DNA of 64,000 nucleotides from Candidatus Merdivivens pullistercoris (GCA_017694935.1 JADIME010000044.1:10961-74960), one strand, 5' to 3'; shown: positions 26,901-37,487, counted from the first letter of the stretch. Notes: generated by a model from the letters alone, not told the origin. Translations and numbers: made by a program.

Positions 26901-27222
26901 GCAGAAAGACCCGTTATTGATATATAAAGTCGAAAGTTACGGGCTTTTCAAGGAAACAGTCCAGGACATCACTTCGGATGTGCTGTCATTCCTGCTCAGG
27001 GCTTTCGTCCCGTTGCGCCAGAATCCTTCCGTAAGGGAGAGCGTACAGCGCCGGACGGACATGAGCCAGATGCAGACCAGCAGGAACGACCTGCACACGA
27101 ACGGCGGAGAGCCTAAGAGCAATGCCCCTATACGCGTGGAGAAGAAAGTGGGCAGAAACGACCCTTGCCCTTGCGGCAGCGGAAAGAAATACAAGAACTG
27201 CTGCGGAAAGAATGCGCAATAG
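23950..27222 (+). CDS. secA: Preprotein translocase ATPase SecA
   Basis: 1090 aa. Walker A 'MATGEGKT', '[19 protein letters not shown]', and the C-terminal zinc motif '[14 protein letters not shown]'. Confidence 0.97.
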   Translation: MSFADILKKLFGSKSERDLKAVRPILDKVLAAYERIDRLTVDELREASAALKERVAAAIASDEARIAQIKEEMDKDLPVKEKEKLASEADTLEKNIDDTIEKVLNEILPDAFAIMKSTARRFAENSKIRVKASDFDRKLSSQKDFVSIDGDEAVWKNSWMAGGNTIVWDMVHYDVQLIGGIALHQGKIAEMATGEGKTLVATLPVFLNALAGKGVHVVTVNDYLSKRDSEWMGPLYMFHGLSVDCIDKHQPNSDTRKAAYNADITFGTNNEFGFDYLRDNMAISTKDLVQRKHHYAIVDEVDSVLIDDARTPLIISGPVPKGDDQQFGEYKPYVEKLYNAQRLLAIGYLNEAKKLIGEGKTDEGAVALLRAHKALPKMNALIKFLSEPGMKQLLLSVEGRYMQDNNRNMHIITDPLYFVIDEKQKTVDLTDKGHDLLSERFEDNKFFVLPDVGEEIAELEKDASLDEAAKQQKKDEILSDYALKSERVHTVHQLLKAYAMFEKDVEYVVMDNKVKIVDEQTGRILEGRRYSDGLHQAIEAKENVKVEAATQTFATITLQNYFRMYHKLAGMTGTAETEAGEFWSIYKMDVMVIPTNRPVIRVDQDDIIYKTRTAKYKAVIDEIVSLTQQGRPVLVGTVSVEVSELISRMLRMRGIKHQVLNAKQHAREAEVVAHAGEAGTVTIATNMAGRGTDIKLTDEVRKAGGLAIIGTERHDSRRVDRQLRGRAGRQGDPGSSVFYVSLEDNLMRLFGAERVSRIVDRLGLKDDEALHSSALSGMIERAQKRVEENNFGIRKRLLEYDDVMNAQRKAIYGRRRNALNGERIEIDLANMIQDMADFFIDKYGEYDYGSFSYELMKVLSIEPPFDEKTFEDSKKEELSGKLVEAITEAYDRRMETMMTQTYPVIKNVYETQGAIYENIAIPISDGMKALTIAVNLRKSYETGGKEIVRSLAKTIMLYQIDEHWKQHLRNMDDLKQSVQNATYEQKDPLLIYKVESYGLFKETVQDITSDVLSFLLRAFVPLRQNPSVRESVQRRTDMSQMQTSRNDLHTNGGEPKSNAPIRVEKKVGRNDPCPCGSGKKYKNCCGKNAQ

Positions 27223-27300
27223 GCCGGAATGCGTGGCGGACAGGCTATGATGATGGTTTTATATTAAATGTAAATCCGACAAGAAAATAAAACAACAGAT

Positions 27301-28701
27301 ATGGAAAAATTCGATATAATAGTAATAGGTGCCGGCCCCGGAGGATACGTGGCCGCCATACGTGCAGCCCAGCTGGGCATGAAATGCGCGGTCGTGGAAC
27401 GTGAATCATTGGGCGGGATATGCCTTAACTGGGGATGCATCCCTACGAAAGCCCTTCTTAAAAGCGCTGAAAGTTATTCTACGGCAATGAAAGGCGCTGA
27501 ATACGGCTTTTCGGCGGAGAATGTCAAAGCCGACATATCCTCGATCGTGGCGCGCAGCCGCAATGTCGCGGCCACAATGTCCAAAGGAATAGAATATCTG
27601 TTCAAGAAGAACGGCGTGACCGTGATTGCCGGAGAGGCGAAACTCCGCAAGGACGGCTCTCAGGCCGTGGTCGATGTTACTGCCGCCGACGGGGAGCAGA
27701 CTTCCTATTGCGCGACCCACACGGTCATCGCTACCGGAGCGAAAGCCGCATCGTTGCCTTTTGCCTCTATAGACGGGAAAAAGATACTCGGCTACCGTAA
27801 TGCCCTTGTGCCTGAATCGTTGCCTGCATCCATGGCTGTCATAGGCTCGGGCGCCATCGGCAGCGAACTCGCGTTTTTCTATGCGTCACTGGGTGTGGAC
27901 GTGACTATCATCGAATTTATGGACAGGCTCTTGCCTTTGGAGGATGATGAGGCATCGGCCCAACTCAGCCGCTCTTTCCGCAAACGCGGCATCAAGGTCA
28001 TGGTTTCCTCGGCAGTCAAATCGGTGGACACTTCAGGAGAAGGGGTTGCCTTGAAAGTAGATACCAAGAAAGGGGAAGTCGAGTTGAAAGCCGACGTGGT
28101 ACTGTCTGCTGTGGGAATAGTCCCGAATACGGGCGGAATAGGACTTGAAGATCTCGGGATAGAATGTGTAAGAGGACGTATCCCTGTTGATGCCCATTAC
28201 AAGACATCTTTCGAGGGCGTTTATGCGATAGGCGACGTAATTGCCACTCCGGCCCTTGCCCACGTGGCTTCTGCCGAGGCAATCAACTGCATAGAAAACA
28301 TAGCCGGTCTGAATCCTGAGCCTGTCGATTACGGTATCGTCCCTTCATGCACTTACACATGCCCGCAGGTGGCTTCCGTAGGTCTTAACGAACGCACGGC
28401 CAAGGAAAAAGGCGTTGCATACAAGGCAGGCAAATTCCCGTTCACGGCTTCCGGCAAGGCGACGGCTTCCGGCGAAAGGGAGGGCTTCGTAAAGATACTT
28501 GCCGATCCGGATACGGACAGGATACTGGGCGCAAGCATGGTCGGGGAAAATGTTACCGAGATGCTTTCAACAATTTCGGTCGCGATGAAGATGAAAGCCA
28601 CCGTGCGGGACATAATGTCCGTCATCTTCCCGCACCCTACGATGAGCGAGGCCATAATGGAGGCGGCTTCGGCAGTACACGGCGAGGCTGTACATATTTA
28701 A
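27301..28701 (+). CDS. lpdA: Dihydrolipoyl dehydrogenase (E3)
   Basis: FAD motif 'VIGAGPGGY', redox-active disulfide 'GGICLNWGCIPTK', NAD motif 'VIGSGAIGSE', and a C-terminal 'HPTMSE' interface motif. Confidence 0.92.
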   Translation: MEKFDIIVIGAGPGGYVAAIRAAQLGMKCAVVERESLGGICLNWGCIPTKALLKSAESYSTAMKGAEYGFSAENVKADISSIVARSRNVAATMSKGIEYLFKKNGVTVIAGEAKLRKDGSQAVVDVTAADGEQTSYCATHTVIATGAKAASLPFASIDGKKILGYRNALVPESLPASMAVIGSGAIGSELAFFYASLGVDVTIIEFMDRLLPLEDDEASAQLSRSFRKRGIKVMVSSAVKSVDTSGEGVALKVDTKKGEVELKADVVLSAVGIVPNTGGIGLEDLGIECVRGRIPVDAHYKTSFEGVYAIGDVIATPALAHVASAEAINCIENIAGLNPEPVDYGIVPSCTYTCPQVASVGLNERTAKEKGVAYKAGKFPFTASGKATASGEREGFVKILADPDTDRILGASMVGENVTEMLSTISVAMKMKATVRDIMSVIFPHPTMSEAIMEAASAVHGEAVHI

Positions 28702-28744
28702 GAGGCTACAGGTTTAACGGATATACAGGTTTTATGGACTATAC

Positions 28745-28780
28745 GGGCCGCCTGTGCCGGACAACATGGGCGGCTTTTGA
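28745..28780 (+). terminator. Rho-independent terminator after lpdA
   Basis: 'gggccgcc tgtgccggacaacat gggcggc' followed by 'ttttgattttt'. Confidence 0.5.
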
Positions 28781-28799
28781 TTTTTAAATAGACGAGTAT

Positions 28800-29246
28800 A
28801 TGGCAAAAAACGAACTTCATGTGGATTTCAATGAGATAAGCAGGCTTTCCGCCGGGACTTCCTTGAAAGGTACGATGGTATCGTCGTCGGATATCAGGAT
28901 AGACGGCCGTTTTGAAGGCAAGATCATTACCGAGGGCAAGATACTCATAGGCGAGTCTTCTGTGATAAAAGGAGATGTCATCGCGCGCAGTGCCGATGTG
29001 TGGGGTAAAATCGAAGGCGATCTGACGATAGGCGACGTACTCTCATTAAAGGACGGCTGCTCTCTTACCGGCAATGCCGAAGTGGTAAAACTGAGCGTCG
29101 AAATAGGCTCTTCGTTCAACGGAAGCTGCAAGATGATTTCCGCCGGCGACTTCGATGCAAAGCTCAAGGCCGGGAAAGAAGCCGAGGGAATGCCGAAACA
29201 GGGGCAGGATGCCGGCCAGCAGGCCGCCTCGCAGCATAGGAAATAG
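28800..29246 (+). CDS. Bactofilin family polymer-forming protein
   Basis: The repetitive beta-helix pattern is 'IRIDGRFEGKIITEGKILIGESSVIKGDVIARSADVWGKIEGDL'. The tail is disordered and Gln/Ala/Lys-rich. Confidence 0.8.
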   Translation: MAKNELHVDFNEISRLSAGTSLKGTMVSSSDIRIDGRFEGKIITEGKILIGESSVIKGDVIARSADVWGKIEGDLTIGDVLSLKDGCSLTGNAEVVKLSVEIGSSFNGSCKMISAGDFDAKLKAGKEAEGMPKQGQDAGQQAASQHRK

Positions 29247-29318
29247 AAAACTGTTCCGGGGCTTTTCTGAAAAACGGGCGGGGCCGCAGGCTTCTGCATG
29301 TCGGCATTATGCGGCTTC

Positions 29319-30281
29319 TTATTCCAGATTAAGCCGGTCTTTTATATTATAGGTGTTTCTCCCCTCGCTGTTGCGGGAGATCAGTTCTCCTATGAATCCG
29401 GTAAGGAAGAGCTGGGTGCCGATGATGATCGCGGTAAGCGAAAGATAGAAAAGCGGCTGTTCTGTGACGGCGCGGTAATCTATTCCATGTATCTGGTTGC
29501 TTACCTTTTCTATTATCACCCATATCACCATGATGCCTCCAATGATGAACAGCAACGAGCCGATGAGTCCGAAGAGGTGCATTGGCTTGCGGCCGAATGT
29601 CATCAGGAACCAAAGTGAAAGCAGGTCGAGGTAGCCGTTCACGAAGCGGTTTATTCCGAACTTGCTCTTGCCGAATTTCCTTTTGCGGTGTACGACTTCT
29701 TTTTCGCCTATCCGGGTAAAACCTGCATTCTTTGCAAGGTACGGTATGTAACGGTGCATTTCGCCGTACACTTCTATGTTCTTTACTACTTCATTGCGGT
29801 AGGCTTTTAGCCCGCAGTTCATGTCATGGAGCTTTATCCCGGTTATCCGGCGGGCGGTTGCGTTGTATATCTTTGAAGGGATGTTCTTGGTCAATTTGTT
29901 GTCCAGCCTGTGCCTTTTCCAGCCTGATACAAGGTCGTAGCCGTCTTCGCGTATCATCCTGTACAGTTCCGGTATTTCGTCCGGGGAATCCTGCAGGTCG
30001 GCATCCATGGTTATCACCACATCCCCTGTCGCGGCTGCAAAACCGCAATAAAGCGCGGCGGATTTTCCGTAATTGCGCCTGAACGAGATGCCTTTTATCT
30101 TTGAACCGTATTTTTCAGACAGCATGGATATTGTCTGCCATGACCCGTCCGTGCTTCCATCGTCTACCATTACGATTTCATAGTCCGGTATCTTGCCGTC
30201 TATTGCCCGGCCTATCCATTCCACAAGCTCCACTAACGATTCGTTTTCGTTGTATAGGGATATTACGATTGAAAGGTCCAT
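29319..30281 (-). CDS. Family-2 glycosyltransferase (polyprenol-phosphate glycosyltransferase, GtrB/DPM1-like, with 2 C-terminal TM helices)
   Basis: 'LSIVISLYNENES', 'VMVDDGSTDGS', 'ITMDADLQD'. An upstream ATG at 30317 would overlap the preceding gene by 20 nt. Confidence 0.85.
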   Translation of the reverse strand: MDLSIVISLYNENESLVELVEWIGRAIDGKIPDYEIVMVDDGSTDGSWQTISMLSEKYGSKIKGISFRRNYGKSAALYCGFAAATGDVVITMDADLQDSPDEIPELYRMIREDGYDLVSGWKRHRLDNKLTKNIPSKIYNATARRITGIKLHDMNCGLKAYRNEVVKNIEVYGEMHRYIPYLAKNAGFTRIGEKEVVHRKRKFGKSKFGINRFVNGYLDLLSLWFLMTFGRKPMHLFGLIGSLLFIIGGIMVIWVIIEKVSNQIHGIDYRAVTEQPLFYLSLTAIIIGTQLFLTGFIGELISRNSEGRNTYNIKDRLNLE

Positions 30282-30297
30282 GATTGAAGTTTTGTTG

Positions 30298-30894
30298 TTA
30301 TTGAATGTCGGAGACATTCCCGTTTTCCCTGCGGTCTTCCTGTTCCGGAGTGAACGGCATGTTCCTCCTTCCCGAAGAAGAAATGATCGCGCTGAATATT
30401 ATTCCGATCAAATACATCCAGATGAATTGTCCCACAGTGCTGTACACGGGCATGTATTCTTTTATGCTCTCGAGCATTTCAATGGAGTTGCTGTCCATCT
30501 GTCCGCTGTACATCTTCATGACCGTGTCCCATGCCGCCGACATGGTGTCGGCCGATATGTACAGGAGGTTTACGGCCACGAATGCGGAGCAGAGTATGGA
30601 TGAAAACAGGGTGACCTTCACTCCGTACCCGAAAAGCTTTCCGGGATTGCCTGCCGCGTTGCCGAAAGCGGCGAGCTGTCTTTTAAGGAGCAGGTAAGAA
30701 CCTCCGGTCTTCGCCACCCAGAGCAGCATGGACACTGCCATCATCAGTGCGGCGGTTATCGTGGATGTGCTTCCCGCTGTGATTTTGTCTATGACTATGC
30801 TGATTACGCTCGCCCCGATTGTGATGGACGAAAGTACGGCGCCGTCCTTCGCCGCCCTGTTCCACGCTTGCTGTTTTGTCAAGTTTGTATTCAT
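30298..30894 (-). CDS. DUF4199-like membrane protein
   Basis: 198 aa with about 4 TM helices. Small Bacteroidota-specific membrane protein found next to a GT2 gene, as is typical. Assignment is from memory. Confidence 0.5.
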   Translation of the reverse strand: MNTNLTKQQAWNRAAKDGAVLSSITIGASVISIVIDKITAGSTSTITAALMMAVSMLLWVAKTGGSYLLLKRQLAAFGNAAGNPGKLFGYGVKVTLFSSILCSAFVAVNLLYISADTMSAAWDTVMKMYSGQMDSNSIEMLESIKEYMPVYSTVGQFIWMYLIGIIFSAIISSSGRRNMPFTPEQEDRRENGNVSDIQ

Positions 30895-30931
30895 TTTAAT
30901 CGATTTGGGTGCAAATATACGGATTATTTCC

Positions 30932-30939
30932 TATCTTTG
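30932..30939 (+). promoter_or_regulatory. Candidate -7 box (TAtcTTTG) for thrS-infC-rpmI-rplT
   Basis: TAnnTTTG match 30 nt upstream of the thrS ATG (30969). Confidence 0.4.
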
Positions 30940-30968
30940 CACGTTTGATTGGATTAAACATTTTTGAT

Positions 30969-32927
30969 ATGATAGACATTACTTTCCCGGATGGGAGCGT
31001 GCGCCAGTACCATGAGGGCGTGACGCCATACGAAATAGCCGAGGGAATAAGCCCGAGGCTCGCGGCCGAAGTGCTTGCCGCAACTGTCATTTTCCCCGAA
31101 GACAAGACAGGGAAAGGCATCATATATGATCTCGAAAGGCCTATAGAGAGGAGCGCGTCCATCAAGTTGCACAAATGGGAGGACCCTCAGGCAAAACAGG
31201 TGTTCTGGCATTCTTCGTCCCACCTTATGGCGGAGGCTCTCCAGCAACTGTACCCGGGTGTCAAGTTCGGCATCGGGCCTGCCATTGAAAACGGGTTCTA
31301 TTATGACATAGACCTCGGCGGCAGGACGCTCGGCGAGTCGGAATTGAAGAAGATCGAGGACAGGATGACGGAGCTTGCGCGGACCAAGGAAAAATTCGTA
31401 CGCAAGGATATTTCCAAGGACGAGGCCATGAAGGTCTATACAGAAAAGGGCGACGAATACAAGTGCGAGCTTATCAGGGATCTTCAGGACGGTACCATTA
31501 CATTTTATACCAACGGTTCGTTTACCGACCTGTGCCGCGGCCCGCATTTGAGGGATACTTCTGTCATCAAGGCCGTGAAACTGACCTCCATAGCGGGGGC
31601 ATACTGGCGCGGTGACGAGCACAGGCAGATGCTTACCCGTATATACGGTATCACTTTCCCTAAGAAATCGATGCTTGACGAATACCTCGCCCTTATGGAG
31701 GAAGCCAAGAAGAGGGATCACAGGAAGATAGGAAAGGAACTGGAGCTGTTCACATTCTCCCAGAAGGTAGGACAGGGACTCCCGTTGTGGCTGCCTAAGG
31801 GGGCGATGCTGCGCGAAAGGCTGGAAATGTTCCTCCGGAAGGTGCAGAAATCATACGGCTACCTGCCAGTAATAACTCCTCATATCGGACAGAAGCAGCT
31901 TTATGTCACATCCGGCCACTATGCAAAATACGGCAAGGATTCATTCCGCCCGATAACCACTCCACAGGAAGGGGAGGAATTCCTCCTGAAACCGATGAAC
32001 TGCCCTCACCACTGTGAGATATACCGTTCGAAGCCGAGGTCGTACAAGGATCTTCCGTTGAGGCTTGCCGAGTTCGGTACGGTCTACCGTTATGAGCAGA
32101 GCGGCGAGTTGCACGGGCTTACGCGAGTGAGGGGCTTTACGCAGGACGACGCCCATATCTTCTGCCGTCCAGATCAGCTGAAGGAAGAGTTCTGCAAGGT
32201 AATAGACATCGTGCTGTACATATTCAAGACATTGGATTTCAATGAATATGTGGCTCAGGTGTCGTTGAGGGACCCTGACGACAAGGACAAATACATAGGT
32301 TCGGATGAAAACTGGGAAAAGGCCGAGCGCGCCATTGTGGAAGCCGCTGATGAAAAAGGCCTGAAGACCGTGGTCGAATACGGCGAGGCCGCATTTTACG
32401 GACCGAAACTCGATTTCATGGTCAAGGATGCGATCGGCCGCAAATGGCAGTTGGGTACCATACAGGTAGACTACAACCTTCCTGAGCGTTTTGAGCTTGA
32501 ATACATAGGAAGCGATGACAAGAAGCACCGTCCTATCATGATACACCGTGCTCCTTTCGGTTCAATGGAAAGATTCGTGGCCGTGCTGTTGGAGCATACC
32601 GCCGGAAGGCTTCCGTTGTGGCTTACTCCGGATCAGGCCGTGATACTCCCTGTCAGCGAGAAATTTAACGATTATGCAAAAAAAGTTTGCGATTTGCTGA
32701 ATAATTCCGATATTCGCGCCTCAATTGATGACAGGAACGAGACGATAGGCAAGAAGATACGTGAAAACGAGCTGAAGAGGATACCGTACCTGCTTGTCGT
32801 GGGCGAGAAAGAGGCCCAGTCCGATGCGGTTTCCGTGCGCAGGCAAGGCGGGGAAGATTGCGGGCAGATGGGCATAGCCGATTTTGCGGCCCTCATCAAT
32901 GACGAGATTAAGAAACTGCTTGATTGA
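30969..32927 (+). CDS. thrS: Threonine--tRNA ligase
   Basis: TGS-domain start '[14 protein letters not shown]', '[11 protein letters not shown]', class-II motifs '[13 protein letters not shown]' and 'GFYGPKLDF', and an anticodon-binding C-terminus. The track ORF begins 60 nt upstream at an unlikely ATG. Confidence 0.95.
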   Translation: MIDITFPDGSVRQYHEGVTPYEIAEGISPRLAAEVLAATVIFPEDKTGKGIIYDLERPIERSASIKLHKWEDPQAKQVFWHSSSHLMAEALQQLYPGVKFGIGPAIENGFYYDIDLGGRTLGESELKKIEDRMTELARTKEKFVRKDISKDEAMKVYTEKGDEYKCELIRDLQDGTITFYTNGSFTDLCRGPHLRDTSVIKAVKLTSIAGAYWRGDEHRQMLTRIYGITFPKKSMLDEYLALMEEAKKRDHRKIGKELELFTFSQKVGQGLPLWLPKGAMLRERLEMFLRKVQKSYGYLPVITPHIGQKQLYVTSGHYAKYGKDSFRPITTPQEGEEFLLKPMNCPHHCEIYRSKPRSYKDLPLRLAEFGTVYRYEQSGELHGLTRVRGFTQDDAHIFCRPDQLKEEFCKVIDIVLYIFKTLDFNEYVAQVSLRDPDDKDKYIGSDENWEKAERAIVEAADEKGLKTVVEYGEAAFYGPKLDFMVKDAIGRKWQLGTIQVDYNLPERFELEYIGSDDKKHRPIMIHRAPFGSMERFVAVLLEHTAGRLPLWLTPDQAVILPVSEKFNDYAKKVCDLLNNSDIRASIDDRNETIGKKIRENELKRIPYLLVVGEKEAQSDAVSVRRQGGEDCGQMGIADFAALINDEIKKLLD

Positions 32928-32983
32928 ATTGATTAAAACATACAGGTTAAACCAGGCCTGCTCTGAACGGCGGGCTTAAAACA

Positions 32984-33610
32984 TTGGAGGATTTTTTTAT
33001 CGCTACCCCATTTAAAAAACCACTGCCGCGGAAGCCTATCAACGGCGCCGACAGGCAAAACGGCGAAAACGCCAGTAAAACCAATAAACGGGATCAAGAC
33101 GGTGAGGTCAGGATAAACGAGGAGATCACCGCCCCGAGGGTAAGATTAGTAGGTGACAATATACCCGAACCCGGGATATGTAACCTGTCGGCCGCAATGA
33201 GGCTGGCTGAAGAACTCCAATTGGATCTTGTGGAAATATCCGCAAAGGCGGATCCTCCGGTGTGCAAGATCATGGATTACCAGAAATTCCTTTATCAGCA
33301 GAAGAAAAAGGCCAAGGAGATGAAGGCCAATGCTGCAAAGGTGGTAATCAAGGAGATACGTTTCGGCCCCAATACGGACGAGCATGATTTTCAATTCAAA
33401 TTGAAACATGCGCAGGAGTTCCTTTCGGAAGGCGCGAAGGTAAAGGCCTACGTGTTTTTCAGGGGACGTTCGATCCTTTTTTCCGACCAGGGTGAAAAGC
33501 TGCTGCTCCGTTTTGCCGTCGAGCTTGAAGATTACGGACGAGCCGAGCAGATGCCGAAACTCGAAGGGAAGCGCATGATAATGATGATTGCGCCGCTGAA
33601 GAAGAAATAA
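32984..33610 (+). CDS. infC: Translation initiation factor IF-3 (start codon uncertain)
   Basis: '[17 protein letters not shown]', 'LDLVEIS', '[19 protein letters not shown]', '[17 protein letters not shown]'. The track start is TTG. IF-3 genes often use unusual starts, so the true start may lie downstream. Confidence 0.85.
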   Translation: MEDFFIATPFKKPLPRKPINGADRQNGENASKTNKRDQDGEVRINEEITAPRVRLVGDNIPEPGICNLSAAMRLAEELQLDLVEISAKADPPVCKIMDYQKFLYQQKKKAKEMKANAAKVVIKEIRFGPNTDEHDFQFKLKHAQEFLSEGAKVKAYVFFRGRSILFSDQGEKLLLRFAVELEDYGRAEQMPKLEGKRMIMMIAPLKKK

Positions 33611-33699
33611 TGACCTGTAGCCCCGGAGGCGGGGCAATTGCAATGAGCTTGAAACTTATAAGTTCTGTTTTTTAGTAATAACAGTAAAATTTTTTAGAA

Positions 33700-33894
33700 A
33701 TGCCAAAAATGAAGACCAACTCCGGTGCCAAAAAGCGCTTTACGCTTACCGGAACGGGAAAAATCAAGAGAAAACACGCTTACAAAAGCCACATTCTCAC
33801 GAAAAAGACCAAAAAGCAAAAGAGGAACCTCACTCACGTTTCCATGATGGATCAATGTGATGCAAAGAGGATCAAGACTTTGCTCGGTTTCTAA
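33700..33894 (+). CDS. rpmI: 50S ribosomal protein L35
   Basis: '[36 protein letters not shown]'. Confidence 0.95.
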   Translation: MPKMKTNSGAKKRFTLTGTGKIKRKHAYKSHILTKKTKKQKRNLTHVSMMDQCDAKRIKTLLGF

Positions 33895-33994
33895 TCGTTC
33901 AGTTAGTTTTATTTATTTTTAAGTTTAACAAGGGATAAGCAGCAGGAAGACCCTTTGACAGTTGAAGGGCGCTGCCTCCAAAAAAATTAAAATT

Positions 33995-34339
33995 ATGCCA
34001 AGATCGGTAAATTCAGTCGCTTCAAGAGCGCGCCGCAAAAAGATTTTAAAACAGACTCGTGGTAACTTCCTTTCACGCAAGAATGTCTGGACAGTAGCAA
34101 AGAATACCTACGAGAAGGGGCTCACGTATGCATACCGTGACCGCAAGACCAAGAAACGCAACTTCCGTTCTCTTTGGATTCAGAGGATCAATGCCGCAGT
34201 AAGACAGTATGGCATGACTTATTCACAGTTCATGGGACGTCTTGCAAAGCAGAACATAGAGCTTGACCGTAAGGTTTTGGCTGACCTTGCCATGAATAAC
34301 CCTCAGGCGTTCGAGCAGATAGTAAATTCTGTAAAGTAA
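33995..34339 (+). CDS. rplT: 50S ribosomal protein L20
   Basis: '[23 protein letters not shown]...[22 protein letters not shown]'. The track ORF starts at an upstream TTG (33962). Confidence 0.95.
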   Translation: MPRSVNSVASRARRKKILKQTRGNFLSRKNVWTVAKNTYEKGLTYAYRDRKTKKRNFRSLWIQRINAAVRQYGMTYSQFMGRLAKQNIELDRKVLADLAMNNPQAFEQIVNSVK

Positions 34340-34390
34340 ACCTCAGAGGCAATAAACGGGATTAAAATAGTTTAAATATCCGCAGTGACG

Positions 34391-35737
34391 ATGGATTTCA
34401 AACAATTGTACCATAACCGGTGGCTGAGGTTCGCCTTTTGGGCGGTCCTGTATACGGCATGGGTCGTATGGCTCGGGAACTATTGGTTCCTGTTCGGTCT
34501 GGCCGTAGTGTTTGATCTCAATGTCACGAAGAAAGTCAAGTGGGCGTTTTGGCGGAAGAAATACAAGGAGGGCGAAAAACACAATGTTTTTCTTGACTGG
34601 CTTGATGCCATAATATTCGCATTGGTTGCCGTCATCCTGATAAATATCTTCCTTCTTCAGGCATTCAAGATACCTTCCTCCTCGATGGAAAACTCTTTGA
34701 TGACAGGGGATTATCTTTTCGTAAGCAAGTTGTCTTACGGCCCGAAGATTCCGCAGACGCCATTGACCATCCCTTTTACCCATAATGTTCTTCCGTCCGG
34801 CAAGGAGTCATATTCTACGGCGGTCGAATGGAAATACAGAAGGCTGAAAGGCTTCGGCCATGTCGAGAGAGGGGATTACGTGGTATTCGGTTTCCCTCAC
34901 GGGGATACGGTATTGTCGCGTTACCCTTCCGAGGATTATTACACTCATGTCCGTCTGAGCGGCAGGCAATTCGTTCTGGACAATTACGGGCCTGTGAAGG
35001 TTCGTCCCGCAGACAAGAAGGACAATTATGTAAAACGCTGTGTGGCTGTTCCCGGAGACACTCTCTCCATTGTGGACGGCGTTGTCATGGTGAACGGCAG
35101 TCCTCTTCCGCAGTATGAGGGGGTCCAGAACACCTATACCGTGGTAACTTCCGGCCAGCGTCTTAATCCGAGGATTCTCGACGAGATGGGAGTCAATGTT
35201 TCCGAAACCCGTTACGATGCGTCATTGCCGGGTTACAGGATGATGCCTCTCACCGCAGAAGCCGCAGAGCGCATGAAAGGGCTTTCCGCAGTCGTTTCCG
35301 TTTCGCAGAACATACAGGCCAAAGGCAGTCCCGATTCGGACAACTATATGCTGATTTTCCCTTTCGACCCTGCCCTGGACTGGACAAGGGACAATTACGG
35401 ACCGCTTTGGATTCCTGAAAAGGGCGCGGAGGTCAGGCTCGACCTTGCTTCCCTGCCTCTTTACAGGCGTATAATCGAGGTCTATGAAGGGCATGACCTG
35501 GAAATAAAGGATGGCGAGATATACATCGACGGCCAGGCGGCCGAGACGTATGTTTTCGAGCAGGATTACTATTTTATGATCGGAGACAACCGTCACAATT
35601 CTTTGGATTCGCGTTATTGGGGATTCGTCCCTGAAGATCACATAGTGGGCAAGCCGGTAGTGGTATGGTTCTCTTCTGATCGCAATAAGCCTTTCCCAAA
35701 GAATATCAGATGGAACAGGATATTCAAATTTTTGTAG
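34391..35737 (+). CDS. lepB: Signal peptidase I (S26 family, long Bacteroidota form)
   Basis: Catalytic Ser box 'IPSSSMENSL', Lys box 'YVKRCVAVPGD', 'GDNRHNSLDSRYWGFVP'. A GTG at 34385 is an alternative start. Confidence 0.9.
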   Translation: MDFKQLYHNRWLRFAFWAVLYTAWVVWLGNYWFLFGLAVVFDLNVTKKVKWAFWRKKYKEGEKHNVFLDWLDAIIFALVAVILINIFLLQAFKIPSSSMENSLMTGDYLFVSKLSYGPKIPQTPLTIPFTHNVLPSGKESYSTAVEWKYRRLKGFGHVERGDYVVFGFPHGDTVLSRYPSEDYYTHVRLSGRQFVLDNYGPVKVRPADKKDNYVKRCVAVPGDTLSIVDGVVMVNGSPLPQYEGVQNTYTVVTSGQRLNPRILDEMGVNVSETRYDASLPGYRMMPLTAEAAERMKGLSAVVSVSQNIQAKGSPDSDNYMLIFPFDPALDWTRDNYGPLWIPEKGAEVRLDLASLPLYRRIIEVYEGHDLEIKDGEIYIDGQAAETYVFEQDYYFMIGDNRHNSLDSRYWGFVPEDHIVGKPVVVWFSSDRNKPFPKNIRWNRIFKFL

Positions 35738-35766
35738 TAAAATTTGTTTTTTAGTGAAAAAGGGGA

Positions 35767-35774
35767 TAATTTTG
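35767..35774 (+). promoter_or_regulatory. Candidate -7 box (TAatTTTG) for rpmB-rpmG-DUF4295
   Basis: TAnnTTTG match 40 nt upstream of the rpmB ATG. Confidence 0.4.
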
Positions 35775-35813
35775 CAGCCCCGAATTTTTGAATAATAAAT
35801 AAAAGATAATAAT

Positions 35814-36056
35814 ATGGCAAGAGTTTGTCAAATAACAGGAAGAAAGAGGATGATAGGAAACAACGTTTCCCACTCCAAAAGACGCACAAAGCGTGAGTTC
35901 GCCCTGAATCTCAGGACCAAGAAGTTCTGGTCGGAAGAAGAGCAGAGGTATATTACATTGAAAGTTTCCTGCAAGGGTCTCAGGACTATCTGCAAGAACG
36001 GTCTTGCAGTTTCTTTGAAGGAAGCTCAGAAGAAAGGTTATGTTAAAAACGTTTAA
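35814..36056 (+). CDS. rpmB: 50S ribosomal protein L28
   Basis: '[29 protein letters not shown]'. Confidence 0.95.
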   Translation: MARVCQITGRKRMIGNNVSHSKRRTKREFALNLRTKKFWSEEEQRYITLKVSCKGLRTICKNGLAVSLKEAQKKGYVKNV

Positions 36057-36067
36057 TTTGGCGGGTT

Positions 36068-36256
36068 ATGGCAAAGAAAGCTAAAGGTAACAGGGTTCAG
36101 GTGATTTTGGAGTGCACTGAACAGAGGGCTTCCGGTGTTCCGGGGATCTCAAGGTATATTACTACCAAAAACAAGAAAAACACTACCGAGCGTTTGGAAC
36201 GTAGGAAATACAATCCGTTCTTGAAAAAAGTAACCGTTCATCGCGAGATTAAATAA
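36068..36256 (+). CDS. rpmG: 50S ribosomal protein L33
   Basis: '[18 protein letters not shown]...[21 protein letters not shown]'. Confidence 0.95.
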   Translation: MAKKAKGNRVQVILECTEQRASGVPGISRYITTKNKKNTTERLERRKYNPFLKKVTVHREIK

Positions 36257-36281
36257 TTTATTTACGAATCGGAGATAAACT

Positions 36282-36437
36282 ATGGCAAAGAAAGCAGTCG
36301 CAACATTTGCGAAAGGGAGCACTAAGAATGTCATCAAGTGCATCCGTATGGACAAATCGCCGAAGACCGGCGCATACATGTTCAAAGAAGAGCTCGTGCC
36401 GACCGAGCAGGTAAAGGATTTTTTCGCTAAGAAATAA
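36282..36437 (+). CDS. DUF4295 family small protein (51 aa; below the ORF-track cut-off)
   Basis: Manual translation gives MAKKAVATFAKGSTKNVIKCIRMDKSPKTGAYMFKEELVPTEQVKDFFAKK*. It occupies the conserved position after rpmG in Bacteroidota. Confidence 0.8.
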   Translation: MAKKAVATFAKGSTKNVIKCIRMDKSPKTGAYMFKEELVPTEQVKDFFAKK

Positions 36438-36506
36438 TGAAGATGCAGCTGTCTGACGGCGCGAGCCTGAGGACAGTGATGATTTTCAAGACAATATCGA
36501 ACTGAC

Positions 36507-36540
36507 GGGATACGTTTTGCGGCGTATCCCATCGTTTGTA
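36507..36540 (+). terminator. Hairpin terminator after the DUF4295 gene
   Basis: 'gggatacg ttttgcgg cgtatccc' followed by a T-rich stretch. Confidence 0.5.
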
Positions 36541-36550
36541 TTCTAATAAA

Positions 36551-36948
36551 GGGGCTGTTTTGGTTTTGACAGCATTTGACATCGGAAAGTAAGCACGTCC
36601 GGCGTTGGAAGTTTGCCGGCAAACTCAACTTTCAAGCCTATAGTTGGCAACAATAACAATTATGCACTCGCTGCGTAGTCGAGCCTAAGGCTGACCGCTT
36701 AATCATCCGGACAAGGTCTGCGATGACGAGTATCCCGCCGCCCTTTTGGCCGGTTATGCGCGGCATACGGGGTATCATGGAAACCGGATGCGGGGACAGA
36801 CTCCTTTAAAGTCCCTTAAGTTCCAAAAGGATAAGGCTATGCCAACCTGTCCCCCGGCAGGTATGGCCCGACAATCAAAGAGGGAATAAACGTGTAGAAA
36901 GCTTTTGGGTGCGATGTTTGGACGGCGGTTCGAGTCCGCCCAGCTCCA
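36551..36948 (+). ncRNA. ssrA: tmRNA (SsrA), about 398 nt, 3' CCA not encoded
   Basis: The 5' end GGGGCUG pairs with the 3' CAGCUCC (G3.U), followed by discriminator A. The T-arm is 'ggcggttcgagtccgcc'. The tag reading frame at 36647-36679, 'ggc aac aat aac aat tat gca ctc gct gcg tag', encodes GNNNNYALAA*. Confidence 0.95.
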
Positions 36949-36955
36949 CAAATGA

Positions 36956-37007
36956 AAGGCCGCTCATGAAGTGCTTTGTGCAGCACGCATGACGGCCTTG
37001 TCTTTTT
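36956..37007 (+). terminator. Rho-independent terminator of ssrA
   Basis: Nested hairpin 'aaggccgctcatg..gtgct ttgtgc agcac..catgacggcctt' followed by 'gtcttttt'. Confidence 0.65.
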
Positions 37008-37058
37008 CTGGGCTCCGTTCTGGTACCTCCGTGATGCATTACGGGATCGTCGTACTGC

Positions 37059-37154
37059 CGTCATGATGCTGCCATACTGTCGTCATGGTACCGCCATGGC
37101 CGTCATGCAGAAGCTGTCGCCGTCATGGTGTCGCCATGCTGCTGCCATAGTACC
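37059..37154. repeat. Iteron-like direct repeats (4 units of 20-22 bp, core CGTCATG..GCCAT)
   Basis: CGTCATG occurs at 37059, 37081, 37101 and 37121. GCCAT occurs at 37071, 37093, 37133 and 37144. The array is followed by an AT-rich tract (37155-37215) containing the palindrome tgctgt-ctattaataaata-acagca. Confidence 0.6.
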
Positions 37155-37263
37155 ACTAAAAATTTTCACAATTGCATTAACTTGCTGTCTATTAATAAAT
37201 AACAGCATGTTATAATTAAGCCGGATGTGCCTCGGGGGTGCAGTGCAATCCGCAGAACAGCCT

Positions 37264-37487
37264 GTGAAAAACAGAATTTGCTGGAGCACCCGGATTTAAT
37301 TTGTTGTGATGTAACGTGATGATAATGTGTGAGTTGTGAAATATTGGCAATTTTCAGTTGCTCCAGCAGGTGTGTTTTTGCATGTCTGCTGGAGCATATC
37401 GACTTAACTTGCACCGATGCGATGTATTGATTTACAGGGTTTTGTGCAAATTTAACAATTTACGGCTGCTCCAGCAGTTTTCATAAA
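37264..37487. repeat. Dimer of MITE-like units (TGCTGGAGCA / TGCTCCAGCA), second locus
   Basis: Unit 1 spans about 37264-37369 and unit 2 about 37386-37487, separated by a loop at 37370-37385. Collinear with 23325-23556. Confidence 0.8.

Noticed and set aside
36976-37215. 79-aa + strand ORF and 68-aa - strand ORF (37083-37289) across the iteron-like repeats.
   Set aside because: The reading frames are products of the CGTCATG/GCCAT repeats. The peptides are repetitive Cys/His/Met/Ala-rich nonsense, there is no start context, and they overlap the ssrA terminator.
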